64,000 nt of DNA from Fistulifera solaris (Eukaryota): contig AP026137.1 in assembly GCA_030295235.1 (NCBI GenBank), positions 744,001 through 808,000 of the forward strand. The letters run 5' to 3'. The notes under the pieces are model-generated. The model was not told the origin of the DNA, did no database searches, and saw nothing but the letters and a program-made list of their open reading frames with translations. A program made the position numbers and the translations under genes. The first letter of the stretch is position 1; each line of letters opens with the position of its first letter. Shown here in pieces: positions 38,534 through 50,361 of the stretch.

Positions 38534-39648
38534 TTACTGTCCCTTCTTCTTTGGACTGTTCAAAAAGTCCCTCTTCTTGCCTTCAAAACCTGCGCGAGAC
38601 AGACGCTTCCCGCTATCTTGATCACCATCCTTCACAATTTTCTTTTTGCTCAAATTAGCCCCAATGGCACCGCCCTTCTTGCGCGCATCCAGATTGTGAT
38701 TACGAATCGTCTGGCGTTCGTCTTTCTTCTCTTTGACTTGTTCCAGACGAGTCTTCCAAGCCTTTTGGCTTTTGGCTTTCTTAGCCGCCTTGCGTTTCAA
38801 AACCTTCTTGATCTTGGAAGGATCGCTCTTTACTCTTTGACCGTCCGCTTCTTTCAAAGTATCCGACCACTGCATTTCCATAGCCTTTGCTTTATCTTCT
38901 TCGGTTCCCTTCTTGAGTTGTTCTAACTTCTGTTGCTTCGCTTCCGCGTCGGCAAGCATCTTTTTCAAATTTTTCGTTTTCGACAAGTTGCCCAAGGCTT
39001 TGTTTGCGGCTAAATAGTTGGACGACTCGGCCTTGTTCAAACCAGCAAGTCGTCCAAAATCCAATTTCGCCAAATCTTCTGCTGGATCCACCGTAGATCC
39101 CATGCGGTAGTTTGTCTTGTTGTCGCGGGTGTCGACTTTGGAAGAACTCGCTTTCTTGCGTTTCGCGGCTTCTTCTTGACGTTTCTGTTTCTCGGCCCGG
39201 CGTGCCGCACGTTTGCTGACTTGATCCGGATTCGAAGGACGCTGGCCTTGTTGGCTAGCGATTTTGGCCTGTAATTTGGCGCGGAGTGCTTCGATGCGCG
39301 ACTGATGCGGTGACACGACGGGTTCGGGTACACGACTGTCCTCCGGCTCTTCCGCATCATCTTCGTCGTCGCGTGCCACGAATTTCTCGGACTCGAGCTG
39401 CTCCTTTTGCGAGTCGTCGTTTCGGCTTGTTCGGGGTCTAATTTACGACGCTTACCCGCCTTGGCGGCCGCTTTCCGGGCTTCCTTCGAACCTTCCGTGA
39501 CACCGCGGTAGTACGGATTCTTTGGATTAAAATCATCACCCGATTGCCCCGCAATGTACAATTTGCTGGGGATCATATCCACGATCATATCAAAGAAGTC
39601 ATTGTGCTCCTTGAGCTCGGAAAGCATTTGTCGAGAAGAAATACCCAT
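38534..39648 (-). CDS. SURF6: SURF6/RRP14 nucleolar protein
   Basis: RRP14 N-terminus (HNDFFDMIVDMIPSKLY); SURF6 C-terminus (KKAKSQKAWKTR...RQTIRNHNL...RAGFEG). Frameshift at ~39390-39410. Confidence 0.9.
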
Positions 39649-39826
39649 GGTTGTTTTGATTTGCTATTTTCTCGTTGACAAGCAAGAAAGTGCGGTGTGA
39701 AAGAACACGAAAAGATTGCGGGGGCAAGGTTGCGGTTGGTTTGCAGCTTGCAGCCTCATCTTCTTGACGGATATAACGACAGACGCTCATTTGGTTAGTC
39801 TCTCCTTCATTAGAGATAGGGAACAT

Positions 39827-39865
39827 GGAGGAGGAGGAGGAGGAGGAGGAGGAGGCGGAGGGAGG
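39827..39865. repeat. (GGA)n microsatellite
   Basis: ggaggaggagg... run. Confidence 0.9.
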
Positions 39866-40637
39866 AGTTGACAGCAAAAACGCTAACACTTTACTCAAAA
39901 GTACATACCGGTACTTGCAAAACACCGCACGGACGAACAGACGATGGTTTTTTCCGCCTACATGGCGATTTTCGATCGAAATCGGAATGCGCCTTGGTTA
40001 TTATTGGCGCTTTTTGGGGAGAAAAATTCGTCCTATAACAAGATTCAGAAAATGCCGAAGCAAGTGGACATTTAGGATTTTATTAATGTTACAGATGACG
40101 TCCACTTATCCATTTTGATAGTCTTATAGTACTTATAGTTTTACATGTGTTTCTAAAAACAGCTTCAAGGAAAATTCTCCCGCGAAGCATGCAGTGTCCA
40201 AAAAAAGTCGGAAGGGCGCGAGTTGTCCGTTCAGAATCTATATCGATCAAAGTGTATTCTTGTGTCATAAGAGCTCGAAATTTTCGTCTAAATACATTAT
40301 GCGGGTGCGCGAACGGAATTAGAAAATATGCCGCCCTGCGTGCCAACGATTGGAACAGAGACAGAAAATAGACGCAAACTTCCTAAATCCCCCCCTCAAA
40401 AATCACCGACCCGACTCGTCCGAAAAAGCCAAGGAAGCGTGCGAGACTCCTACAAAACTTCAGAAATAATAACATCGACTGCAATGCCATTCGAACGCCA
40501 ACCAAGCATCATTTTTATTTCTCGACGTTGAAAGTCTTGGGGCATTGGAGACGGAACCGACGAGTCGGCATTTCAGTTTCTTTCACTATCGAACAATCCT
40601 TCTTTTACACACTATACATTCATAACTTCTACGAACG

Positions 40638-42567
40638 ATGCGATCCTTTTCCCAGATTCTCAGCTGTGTGGCTCTCACATGGATGATAATGATGACGTCC
40701 GCCGATGCTACTTCTGAGGGACGATTTTCCCGATCGCGGCGGCTAGAAGGCTACGTGAACGTAGTGATTACGTTGAAGGAAGAAACATCGTTGCAAGAAT
40801 TCATCGATCGACTTTCTTTCTTTGGTGCAACTCTTACGGTAACATTTCGCCGTACTCATGCGTTGGCGGTAACAATGCCGGAGGAGTTAGTCGGCTTATT
40901 AGAGCTAGACTCGCAAGTGAAATCGATTGAAGATGATGCGCCTTTTACGTCGTTCTCAGAGACGGTTCCTTGGGGTATTACTTCGATCCAAGGTCATGAT
41001 TCCTCGATTCCCCCCTCCCGTGAATACGGGAAGTTGCTTCGGTATTTGTGTCATTGATACTGGACTACAGGTATCACATCCTGATATTGTAAGTTTCATT
41101 TTTTTATTTGTTCCGCGACTCGTAAGTTTCTCACGCGCCTTGATTTCTTATCTCCAGCCTTTCACTGTAGGACAGCCCAACATTCAAGGGGCGGAGTTCA
41201 ATCTGAATCCGGAAGAGCGATGGTACCGACCCGCGCCGGCTGCTTTGCATGGAACACACGTTGCGGTGCGTCGACCGAACTAGAAACATAAAACGCATTG
41301 TCATTTCTGCGAGTATCTCACACATTCTGATTTTGTTCAACAGGGTACTATTATCGCGCAGATGAACAACAATATGGGTGTAGCCGGAATCATCGATGAC
41401 CCTGCCAACTATTGCTTACTCATCGCTCGCGTCTTTCCGGACTATGGAGATGTCACCGATGAGTCCATGGTGGATGCCGCACTCGAATGGTGTGTCGACA
41501 GCGGCGCCAAAGTCATCAATTTGAGTTTAGGAGGACCTCGATCCAACGAAAACAGTCGAGCGATCTACAACTCGATTGTAGAAGAAGGCACACTCGTCGT
41601 GGCTTCTTCGGGGAACCGGGCTGGAGGTACTTACATATATCCGGCTAGCTACGATAGTGTTCTCAGTGTAGGTGCTGTGGATCGAAATCTAGATCGACCG
41701 GTCTTTTCCGTCTACAATGATCAGGTCGATCTTTGCGCCCCGGGGGTCGACGTGTTATCGACAGTGCCCAAAACGGTCGTGTACGACGACCAAGGTGGGG
41801 TCTATGAAGCCCAAATGTTGCACTTCTCTCCCATGCCGGAAGCAGACACCATGCAAGCACCCCTGGCCGTTTGTTCGGTGGATGATTGTGGAGATGCTAC
41901 TGGCCGAGTTTGTCTCATGGAAAGAGGACAAAGCAGCTTTTTGGACAAGGCTATCGAATGCCAGTCTTCTGGTGGTGTAGCACTCATCCTTTACAATTTC
42001 GATGACTCTTTGTTCAGTGGAACTCTTGGCGAGGCGAACGCTGTCAATATCCCTGTCATGAGTCTTCCCAGAGCTCAAGGACTCACTTTGACCGGTCGAT
42101 CATCCGTTGCCATTGAGTTTCAGAATGGCGGCTACGCGTCACTCTCGGGAACATCCATGGCCAGTCCGCATGTCGTCGGAGTGGCTGCTAAGATCTGGGC
42201 AGCGCGCCCGGATTGTTCCAACTTTCAAATTCGAGAAGCGCTCGAAGCGACAGCCCTAGACTTAGGATCTAGTGGCAAAGACATTTTCTATGGGCATGGT
42301 ATGGTCCAGGCCGCTGATGCGTACCAGTACTTGCTAACATTGCCACCACCGTGTGGCTTGGGGGGTGGAGAGACTACAGACACGACGGGAGGTGGGGCTC
42401 CGGACAACACGAACTTTGTTTACGACCAGTTGAATGGTTCACCGCCGAAGAAGGTGGTCGAAGAGATCGTCATAGAGGGTGCCAGCAAGATGGCGCCCGA
42501 CGACTCTGCACGCGGCGGTCTCACCCGTCGACGCATGTTGAAAGGAACGACTGCAACCAGAATGTAA
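40638..42567 (+). CDS. Secreted S8 subtilisin-like serine protease with I9 prodomain and PA insert
   Basis: Signal peptide. Catalytic triad motifs VIDTG, HGTHVAGTI, GTSMASPHV. Introns ~41089-41157 and ~41266-41343. Frameshift near 41015. Confidence 0.92.
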
Positions 42568-42678
42568 ATTCGTTCATCTACGCCACCTCTACAATTACAC
42601 CGAGATGGCATACACCCAATATTGTAAAATAAGAATATCAAATAAGGGGACGAATGAAAATTCTTGCAATGTTCTAGC

Positions 42679-44435
42679 TTATTTTAGATCAACAGGTAAA
42701 CCCATTTTATCCAGACGATCTTCCAATGCAGTCTTTTGCTTCAACCCGTACTTGCGTTCGTCCCCTGGAAGGACCTTACCCAACGTGCTGCCTTCCGCAC
42801 GGGCTAAATCCTCCGCATCGAGACCTTGCTTTATGATTTGCTTTTCTAAAGCAGCGATCGTGCGCTTCAGCAATCGCTTTTCATTTCTCCTGTGCCGAAT
42901 GGCCATTCTTTGATTGTAGGACAGGAGACGGAACAGGCTTTTGTCTTTGATCAAGGCATTGTCTTCCTCTTCGGTTTGTGGATACTTTCCGAGCTGTCTA
43001 GTTACAGCTTCGATGACCGATGTCAGCACAGCGGCTTCATTTCCGGGAGAGATAGTTCTGGAGTAATCGAACGCATTCAGCGGCTTGCCGCGAGTATCAT
43101 CGGGTGTCATCTGCATCAGTCTCAGATATTCGAGCATTTCGGTCGGGTAACGATCCGCGTAGCATGGAAAGTCTACAGTATTGGCCCGACCTACGGATTC
43201 CAGAAATTGCAGCTTCTCTTCAGCCAAGGGATCTACCGGAATGTTTTCATCGTTTAACTCTTTGATAAACGAGGCTGTTCGAGGCGCAATGGAAACAGTG
43301 ACATCGACGGAATTGAAAGGATTGCGCTCGACGGCAAATCCATACAATAACAAGAGTTCGGCGTTGGACTTAGGACCGTATGAAATATAAATCTGTTCCA
43401 TTCTACGGTATCCCCGGTCCGCATACAAGATGACTTCCTCGTCACCACTTTTGAGAAAAGCCAGTCTCCGCTTTGACGAGCGTCGATGTACGCTTGTGAA
43501 AACGGAGAATGATTGATCAAGTCGGCATAAGGAACCAGCGCCAAGGTCTCTCCTTGACTCAAGTTCCGCAGACGAATGGCCCTCGAAAAGAGCATGGTAA
43601 AGGCCCACGTCCAGTTTTCCATAGTAAAATGTTCTTTGGGAAATCGATCGGGAAATCGAGCTATCAAACCGTTGTCGCCTCCTAATAAAGCGTCGTATTC
43701 TCGCTTCAATTTCATTTGCAAGCTCTTGGTAGCAGCAATGACAGGAGATCCTTTCAAGAACGCCAAATCATCGTCACTCCAAGTAAAGGTAGGTGATACT
43801 TCGTCCGTTGTGGGCAATACATCAAGATACGGCTTCCAGTACGACTGGTCGGCCATGACAAATTTTTCGTAAATCAAATGACACGCAATCGCCAAATACT
43901 CATTGATTTCACTCGGCAAAGCATCCTTCCCGAGTGCTTTTCGGGCATTCGATTTGGTCATACACATTTTCATGGGAATTTTCAGCAATTCATCTCCGTC
44001 ATTAATGTCACGACGAGCCAAGAGTCCTCGACCCGATGACTCGTTCGTGATTTCATCTTTCGTGTCGGTACTGATCGCCATGGGATGGGGTGCTTCTCCC
44101 CACGACGACTGCTCCGACAAATATACATCGCCTTCTTTTGAGAGCCACTGAATGAGATTCGCATTCGCACTGAGTTTGACGTCTCCTTGGCTACCGCCTT
44201 TCATGAGTCCTTTCATTTTCATTTCTTTTTCAAACGTTTCGATCGCTTCGAAACCGCCCGTGTTCTCGCGCAAAGCTTTCGCCCATTCACTTTCGGAGCC
44301 ATCTCCTCCGGCCATGTGTATGCAAGTCGTCTTTGATGAACGAACGATGGGACGAGAAAAGGCATTCACGAACAAACATATTGTTGTCGAGGAGATTACA
44401 AGACACGCTGTGAGAAATAAACTAGAATTCTTCAT
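42679..44435 (-). CDS. Plastid-targeted SET-domain Rubisco LSMT-like lysine methyltransferase
   Basis: Presequence MKNSSLFL...VNAF. Motifs GRGLLARRDI, LVPYADLINHS, ISYGPKSNAELLLLYGF. Frameshift at ~43455. Confidence 0.9.
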
Positions 44436-44830
44436 CACTTTCGGTTTGCAGTTGTCTAAATCGATTGCGGTACTTCTTCGGATAGATAGGGGTCGAAAGA
44501 GTGATACGTTGCTGCTTGTTTTCTTCTCCTCTGCTATAGAGCAAGTAATGCCTATCTTGGAGGAGCAAAAATAGAAGAAGTTTGGCTGCGATGTTATTGT
44601 TGTTGTTTTTGTTGTTGTTGAAGTGAAAAGGGGCGCCAACACCGACGTCGCTCCGGGAATGTTTTAAAGAATGACGTCAACTACGTTTTTCTCCTCCCTA
44701 GCCTGGCCTGCGACCGTAGCCTCTTTCGGACAACCACCGAAAAAGGATGTCGAAAACAAATTTTTTTCTTTTCTTTCATTGGAACTGTTCTTTCATTCGT
44801 CGTTAACTCCAATCATAGATCCGTAGCACA

Positions 44831-45991
44831 ATGGGAAAGAAATTACAAGGAGCAGCTCTACGAGCGAAAAAGCGAGCCCGTGAGGCCGTTGAGGCGATGC
44901 AGGAGCGGCAAGCCGAGGCCGCGGAATCGTTGGCCCATCAACCCGATGAAGCGTTGTTTGTCGTCGACAAGACCGGAAAAGAAACATTGAGTCAGCCCAA
45001 ACGACAAAAGAAAGAGTTGTCAAAAGCGCAGAATAAGAAAAGTGACGAAGAATTGGTGCAGAAACTGATCGAGCGACACAACAACGACGCGGAAAGATTA
45101 GCACAACTGGCCGCTCAAGGCAAATTTGACGCCTCTCAAAAGCGTCTGACACGGCGATCACTGAAAGGATCGACCCGAGCAAATTTTGATCTCTGGGATA
45201 GTAACGAAAGCGAAGCTACTGCTACGTCGAAAAGTAAAACGGCAACCAATAGCGTGGCGGTGGACGTGGCCAAATCCGGGCAATCTTACTGCCCCGATCC
45301 CACTGCACATCGAAAAGTGGTTGAGAATGCCATCCACGTAGAAAAAGCACGCAATGCAGCTGTCGAATACCGAGATACACCTCAACAGGGCATGTCGGAA
45401 GAAACGAGGGCACTTTTGATTTATGATAGTGATACGGAGGAGGAAGAGGAAGAAGATGATGATGGTAAAGAAACACTGGCGGTCGGCAAGATTCCCAAAC
45501 GAACCGACAAAAAGACACGAGCGCAACGCAACAAAGAAAAGAGGCTTCGTCGTGAGCATGCCGAGTTGCAAAGTAGAAGAAAAGAAAAGAAGCTTTTGGG
45601 ACAAGTGGGAGAAATCGGTCGTTACAGAAAAGAAATTAAACAGCATGAGAAGCAACGACAGGAACTCAAAAGCAAGATTGAGCAAACAAAGGCTGCTGAA
45701 AAGCCCAAGGGTGCCGACTTGCACGAAAAGCTGAGTAAAGAAGATCCCATTCGAGCGCCCACACTTCCCGTGGCACTGCCTTCTGAAGTCAGTGGTGGAG
45801 TGAGTTTGCGTGCGTTGAAACCGAAGGGCAACTTGGCTGCGGAACGACAAGCCAGTCTCTATGATCGCAACCTGGTCCCGAAACCCACCAACAATACCGT
45901 ACATTGTCGTGGCAAAAAACGAAAAAAGAGTTTGAAGGGCGCAAGAAACAAGGTGGGTGTGGATGGATATATGATAGACATTAAAGGCTAA
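44831..45991 (+). CDS. NOP53: Ribosome biogenesis protein NOP53
   Basis: LFVVDKTG, FDLW, GQSYCPD...H, KKTRAQRNK, SLRALKPKGNL. Confidence 0.88.
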   Translation: MGKKLQGAALRAKKRAREAVEAMQERQAEAAESLAHQPDEALFVVDKTGKETLSQPKRQKKELSKAQNKKSDEELVQKLIERHNNDAERLAQLAAQGKFDASQKRLTRRSLKGSTRANFDLWDSNESEATATSKSKTATNSVAVDVAKSGQSYCPDPTAHRKVVENAIHVEKARNAAVEYRDTPQQGMSEETRALLIYDSDTEEEEEEDDDGKETLAVGKIPKRTDKKTRAQRNKEKRLRREHAELQSRRKEKKLLGQVGEIGRYRKEIKQHEKQRQELKSKIEQTKAAEKPKGADLHEKLSKEDPIRAPTLPVALPSEVSGGVSLRALKPKGNLAAERQASLYDRNLVPKPTNNTVHCRGKKRKKSLKGARNKVGVDGYMIDIKG

Positions 45992-46009
45992 AAATGCATT
46001 CTGGTCATG

Positions 46010-46783
46010 CTAGCTAGTTATATCTTGAGAGTTGTTCTCTCCGGCAGCTTGTCTCACGATGTCTTGTACCTGTTGAATGAAATCAATTTGACAATCAACT
46101 CCAAACTGTTTACCCCATGTCGGGAAGTCTAACAATTGTTTCCGCCGATCCTCGGACAACATCGGATCATCAAGAATTGCCGATCGAAGAGCGGCTATCG
46201 CCAATATATCTGCTTCCTGCTGTAAAGCTTCGACCGAGAAGATTGTATCATTTAACTTTCGAAACGCACTCTGCGCCAGTTCCCTACATTCTTTGCGCTC
46301 CCGCTCGTTGTTGTCGGCCGATAGATAACGCAAAATTGCCACAATCGCTCGATGCGGACGCGATACGGTGATATCAAATTCCAACCAACGCAACACAATT
46401 TGTTCGGTTCGCACGATTTTCTTCTTGTCCTCCCAATAGGCATCGTCTAGATCTGGCAGTGGTCGTTGTTGCATCAAGTAAGCACAGTTAATGAAATCAC
46501 GGAGTCGACGGGGTTCTTCTTCCCGTTTGCAAGCCAGTAACAAGCAGGAAGTTATGATCCAAGTGTCGATAATATGTCGATTCGTCTCTTGGGAAGCTAT
46601 TTTGAAACGATGCAATAACACAGCGGCCGTAAACGTCGTTTCGACGCATAGTTTCAAAACGCGAGAGGATTGTAGCAGTTGATGCAGCAAAGGACGCAGT
46701 TCTCGGTTGTGCTTTTCTTGCTGATTTTTGGGCAATCTCAGTTCTCCCATTGGATATTGCAGTGTTAAAGAATGTGAATGCAT
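46010..46783 (-). CDS. Transcription/splicing-type cyclin (cyclin L/Q-like)
   Basis: Cyclin box TAAVLLHRF...CLLLACKREEEPRRLRD...EQIVLRWLEFD...PH. Confidence 0.8.
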   Translation of the reverse strand: MHSHSLTLQYPMGELRLPKNQQEKHNRELRPLLHQLLQSSRVLKLCVETTFTAAVLLHRFKIASQETNRHIIDTWIITSCLLLACKREEEPRRLRDFINCAYLMQQRPLPDLDDAYWEDKKKIVRTEQIVLRWLEFDITVSRPHRAIVAILRYLSADNNERERKECRELAQSAFRKLNDTIFSVEALQQEADILAIAALRSAILDDPMLSEDRRKQLLDFPTWGKQFGVDCQIDFIQQVQDIVRQAAGENNSQDITS

Positions 46784-46832
46784 TGAAAGGTGGATAGGAT
46801 TACAACAAACTCAAAGTTATAGTTATGTCAAC

Positions 46833-47890
46833 GTCCAAAAGTTCCAGAAATTTTGGAGTATTCTGAAGATCTAGTCTATTTTCCAGAAAATCTGGAGAGG
46901 CAGGTGTATACGGAGTATCTACAAGTATCATCATTTTTTTACAAAGTATCCCACAGAAATTCTGTGCCACCCAGATTTTATGGGCGCGTGAAAACAGCAC
47001 ACCCCCAGATTTTATGGGCGATGGAAAAAAGCCCACCCCAAGATTTTATAAGAAAGTGGAAACAACACACCCCCAGATTTTATGGGGACGTGAAATCAAC
47101 AGCTCCCAAATTTTATGGGTACGTGAAAACAGCTCACCCCCAGATTTTATGGGGGCGTGAAAACAGCACACCCCCAGATTTATTGTGGGCGTGAAAACAG
47201 CACACGCCCAGATTTTACGGGCGCGTGAAAAAGCACACACCCAGATTTTATGGGAAGGTGAAAACAGCACTCGATTTTATGAGAGCGTGAAAACAACACA
47301 CACCCAGATTTTCGGGGCAAGTCAAAACAGCACTCGCCCAGATTTTATGGGTACGTGAAAACAGCTCTCGTCCAGATTTTATGGGGACGTGAAAACAGCT
47401 CACGCCCAGATGTTATGGGCACGTGAAAAAGCACACCCCCAGATTTTATGGGGACGTGAAAACAGCTCAGTGTTTGCGATCAAACTAATTTTCTGTGCTC
47501 GTTCCAAAAAATCTGGAGCATCTGCGTTTGCGATCATATAGAAAGTCTGTGTCCAGTCGAGAGATTCGGGAATCGGTATGTTTGATCATAGAGAAAATTG
47601 AGAATGGTCCAGAAATTCTAGAACAACGGTATTTGCGATCATACAAAACATTCTTCGGTTGGTCCAAAAATTCTGGACACAGCGCAGATATTCTGTTTTC
47701 GGTCCTGTAATTCTGCAACATCGATATTTGCTTTCATACAGAAAATCTGTTGTCGTGGTTCCAGAAATTCTTGAACATCGGTGTTTGCGATCATACAGAT
47801 AGATAATCTGTGGTCGTTTCAGAGATTCTTTCCTTGCTCTGTGTTTGCGATCATAAAGAACTTTTTTGATTGTCCAGAAATTCTGGATAA
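46833..47890. repeat. Second degenerate CCAGAAATTCTGG-core array, same family as 10546-11480
   Basis: Units such as ttccagaaattcttgaacatcggtgtttgcgatcatacaga match array-1 units such as ttccagatattctggaattggtgttttgcgtcacaca. Confidence 0.85.
46969..47470. repeat. ~34-bp minisatellite, ~15 copies (CCCAGATTTTATGGGGACGTGAAAACAGCACAC)
   Basis: Directly visible tandem copies nested inside the larger array. Confidence 0.95.
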
Positions 47891-48337
47891 GATTGCTATA
47901 CCCTATTACAGAATTGCTGAGTACTCGAAATTGTGTTTGGAAATTACTCTAGCCCAATGTGTAGATTACTTTTTTCAGGACTGGAATCAGTCGTTAATCA
48001 CCATTCCTCGATTCTTCGGCAATATTTCATTGTGCTTGTCTCACACCAACGTTGCAACAACCATAACCATTCGCTTCCTGAGTTGATGCATTCAAGCTGA
48101 GATTTTCTTGGTGCACATCAACATGTTCATGTGAACGTCCAGATTGTTTTGGTTATACTCTCGCGGTCGATAACCGATAACCTTAGTCTTAGTAGTCAAC
48201 CACGCACTTCCGTCTGCCGCCTCGCTCGCGTCTCTCGATACGCTCCGCGCACTCTAGTCGTCGGAAAGAAAGCACCGAGGTGAAAAGATTCTAAAACAAG
48301 TGCGAAAGTAATACAATAAAAACAACAACACGCAAGA

Positions 48338-49360
48338 ATGGAAGGACCCGCATTTGAGGCAATGCCTCCACACAAGAAATTGCGCGGTAGTGAAGGTGCG
48401 ATCGTTGCGTATACCGAAGCACCCGAAATCCGATCGTCCTCGTTGCCGTCATCCACTCTGCTATTGACCGGACACACCGGATCCGTATACGCATTACGGT
48501 ATTCTCCCAACGGCCAAACACTCTGTTCGACATCATTTGATATGAATTGCTTGTTGTGGAATCACCAGAGCAACGAAGACATTCCCGAAAGTTATCACAA
48601 TTACAATGTCTTGTCGGGGCACAAGAATGCCGTTCTGGATTGTCACTGGTGCGACGACGAAACGATTGTCACCTGCAGTGCCGACAAAACGGTACAACTG
48701 TGGGACGCCAACACGGCCACGCGATTGCGCAAATGGCAACAACACACCGGAATTGTCAATGCGTGTGACACGGCGTCGGAACAAAGCGTCGTGTCGGCCA
48801 GTGATGATGGGCTCTGTTTCTTGTGGGATCGGCGACAAAAATCGGCCATTGGTACATTGGCGTCGGATTATCCGGTCACGGCAGTCGCGGCGGATGCCCT
48901 GCATGTGTACGCGGCTGGGATGGAGAATATGATCTATTGTTGGGATTTACGACAACAAGCCAAAGTGTACGGAATGAAAGGTCACACCGATCTCATTACG
49001 TGTCTCGCACTTCATCCGGAAGGAACTCATCTACTGAGCAATAGTATGGATCATTCGTTGCGTTCGTGGGATATTCGACCCTTCGTCACGGGCAAGAATC
49101 GGCATAGCAAAACATTTGTGGGTCACAAACACAATGCCGAAAAAGGTTTACTCAAATGCAGTTGGTCTCGTGATGGGAGTATGGTAACGGCTGGATCTGC
49201 TGACAAGATGGTACATATCTGGGATGAGTTTTCGACCGAAGAATTGTATTTATTGCCGGGGCACAAAGGATGTGTCAATACTGTCGTGTTTCATCCTCAC
49301 GAAAATGTGATTGCTTCGGGGGCCAGCGATAAACAAATATTTGTAGGGGAACTGTCTTAG
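48338..49360 (+). CDS. SNRNP40: U5 snRNP 40 kDa WD40 protein
   Basis: RSSSLPSSTLLLTGH, LSNSMD, HNAEKGLLKCSWS, LYLLPGHKGCVN, SDKQIFVGEL. Confidence 0.93.
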   Translation: MEGPAFEAMPPHKKLRGSEGAIVAYTEAPEIRSSSLPSSTLLLTGHTGSVYALRYSPNGQTLCSTSFDMNCLLWNHQSNEDIPESYHNYNVLSGHKNAVLDCHWCDDETIVTCSADKTVQLWDANTATRLRKWQQHTGIVNACDTASEQSVVSASDDGLCFLWDRRQKSAIGTLASDYPVTAVAADALHVYAAGMENMIYCWDLRQQAKVYGMKGHTDLITCLALHPEGTHLLSNSMDHSLRSWDIRPFVTGKNRHSKTFVGHKHNAEKGLLKCSWSRDGSMVTAGSADKMVHIWDEFSTEELYLLPGHKGCVNTVVFHPHENVIASGASDKQIFVGELS

Positions 49361-49647
49361 CGAGTGAATCATCTTGAATGTAGGACATCGTTGCACGCAT
49401 GAGCAAAATTATCAGCTAGATATCAAACATTTTTTAGAAACTTCAGTCTCGATCGATAAGGGTATATAATTATAGTTTAGTGCGGCGTAACGGACGGCTT
49501 CTGATACAATCTCTTGTCTTTCCTTTTCAAAAAGCGAAAAGTTTCTTTTCAAACCATGAGCCACAGTTACGGCGGCCCGAGGTCGTCATTCCAAAGAACG
49601 AGAGAATTGCTGTGAAGGAACTTCGATACTGCTCACACATTGCTTGA

Positions 49648-49933
49648 TTATTTGCTGATCTTGGTCTTTTCCTGGACTGGTTCAGCCTCTGGTTTCTTGT
49701 CATCCTTCTTCTCGCGTTCAAACTCAATCATCGACCAGACCCCCGTTCCTTTGAACTTGTCGGTCTTTTCCTAGAGCGTACGACGCCAAGTCGAACGTAC
49801 TCTTGATGGATCAGTAAACGACCATGGTAGGAGCTGCTTCCAGTTGTGTTGTGCGAGCAGAATAGGGTGACTGAGGGGTAAAGGCAGAAGCTGTCGACCA
49901 GACAAAGAGAATCGACGCAAGAGATGCTTTCAT
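49648..49933 (-). pseudogene. Small (~95 aa) plastid-targeted protein, disrupted here by an in-frame TGA and a 1-nt slip; not in the ORF track
   Basis: Manual translation: MKASLASILFVWSTASAFTP...AAPTMVVY*SIKSTFDLASYALG/KTDKFKGTGVWSMIEFEREKK... Confidence 0.65.
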
Positions 49934-50361
49934 GTTGTCGTTATTGAATGCGCTGGAAATTTTGTGAAGAAAAGCAATAAAGCGAGCAACGAGAAAAATG
50001 TGCGAAGGAGGTCGCGTCGTACCGGTATGTCATTGGTCCACGTCACTCAACGAGACTACTGCAAAACATAGAGTAGATCCGTACGTCGTCCGAAATGCAG
50101 GTGACGCAATTTTGAACACGGATGTTGTTTTCGGACGTTGCCGAAAAAATGGGCATGAAAGAAGAAAAACACCAAACGAAGAAACAAGTGTTGCTGTTGA
50201 CATTGAATGAAGGAGGAAAGCAGCTAACCTTTGAATCGAACCTTTGCATTCGAGTGCAGGATTATCCTCGAGTTTCTGCTAGGTGCTACTTTGACGAGGC
50301 AAAGCCAAAATCAACAATAAACTTTTGTCCGTTTCTCAGATAGAACATTCTTCTTTCCACA

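Noticed and set aside
39870..40500. Possible transposon fragment upstream of the subtilisin
   Set aside because: No TIR, TSD or coding remnant could be identified by eye.
32188..45991. Ribosome-biogenesis gene cluster (DBP4, SURF6, NOP53, plus RPAC1)
   Set aside because: These genes are interspersed with unrelated genes, no shared motif is evident, and the grouping is plausible by chance in a gene-dense genome.
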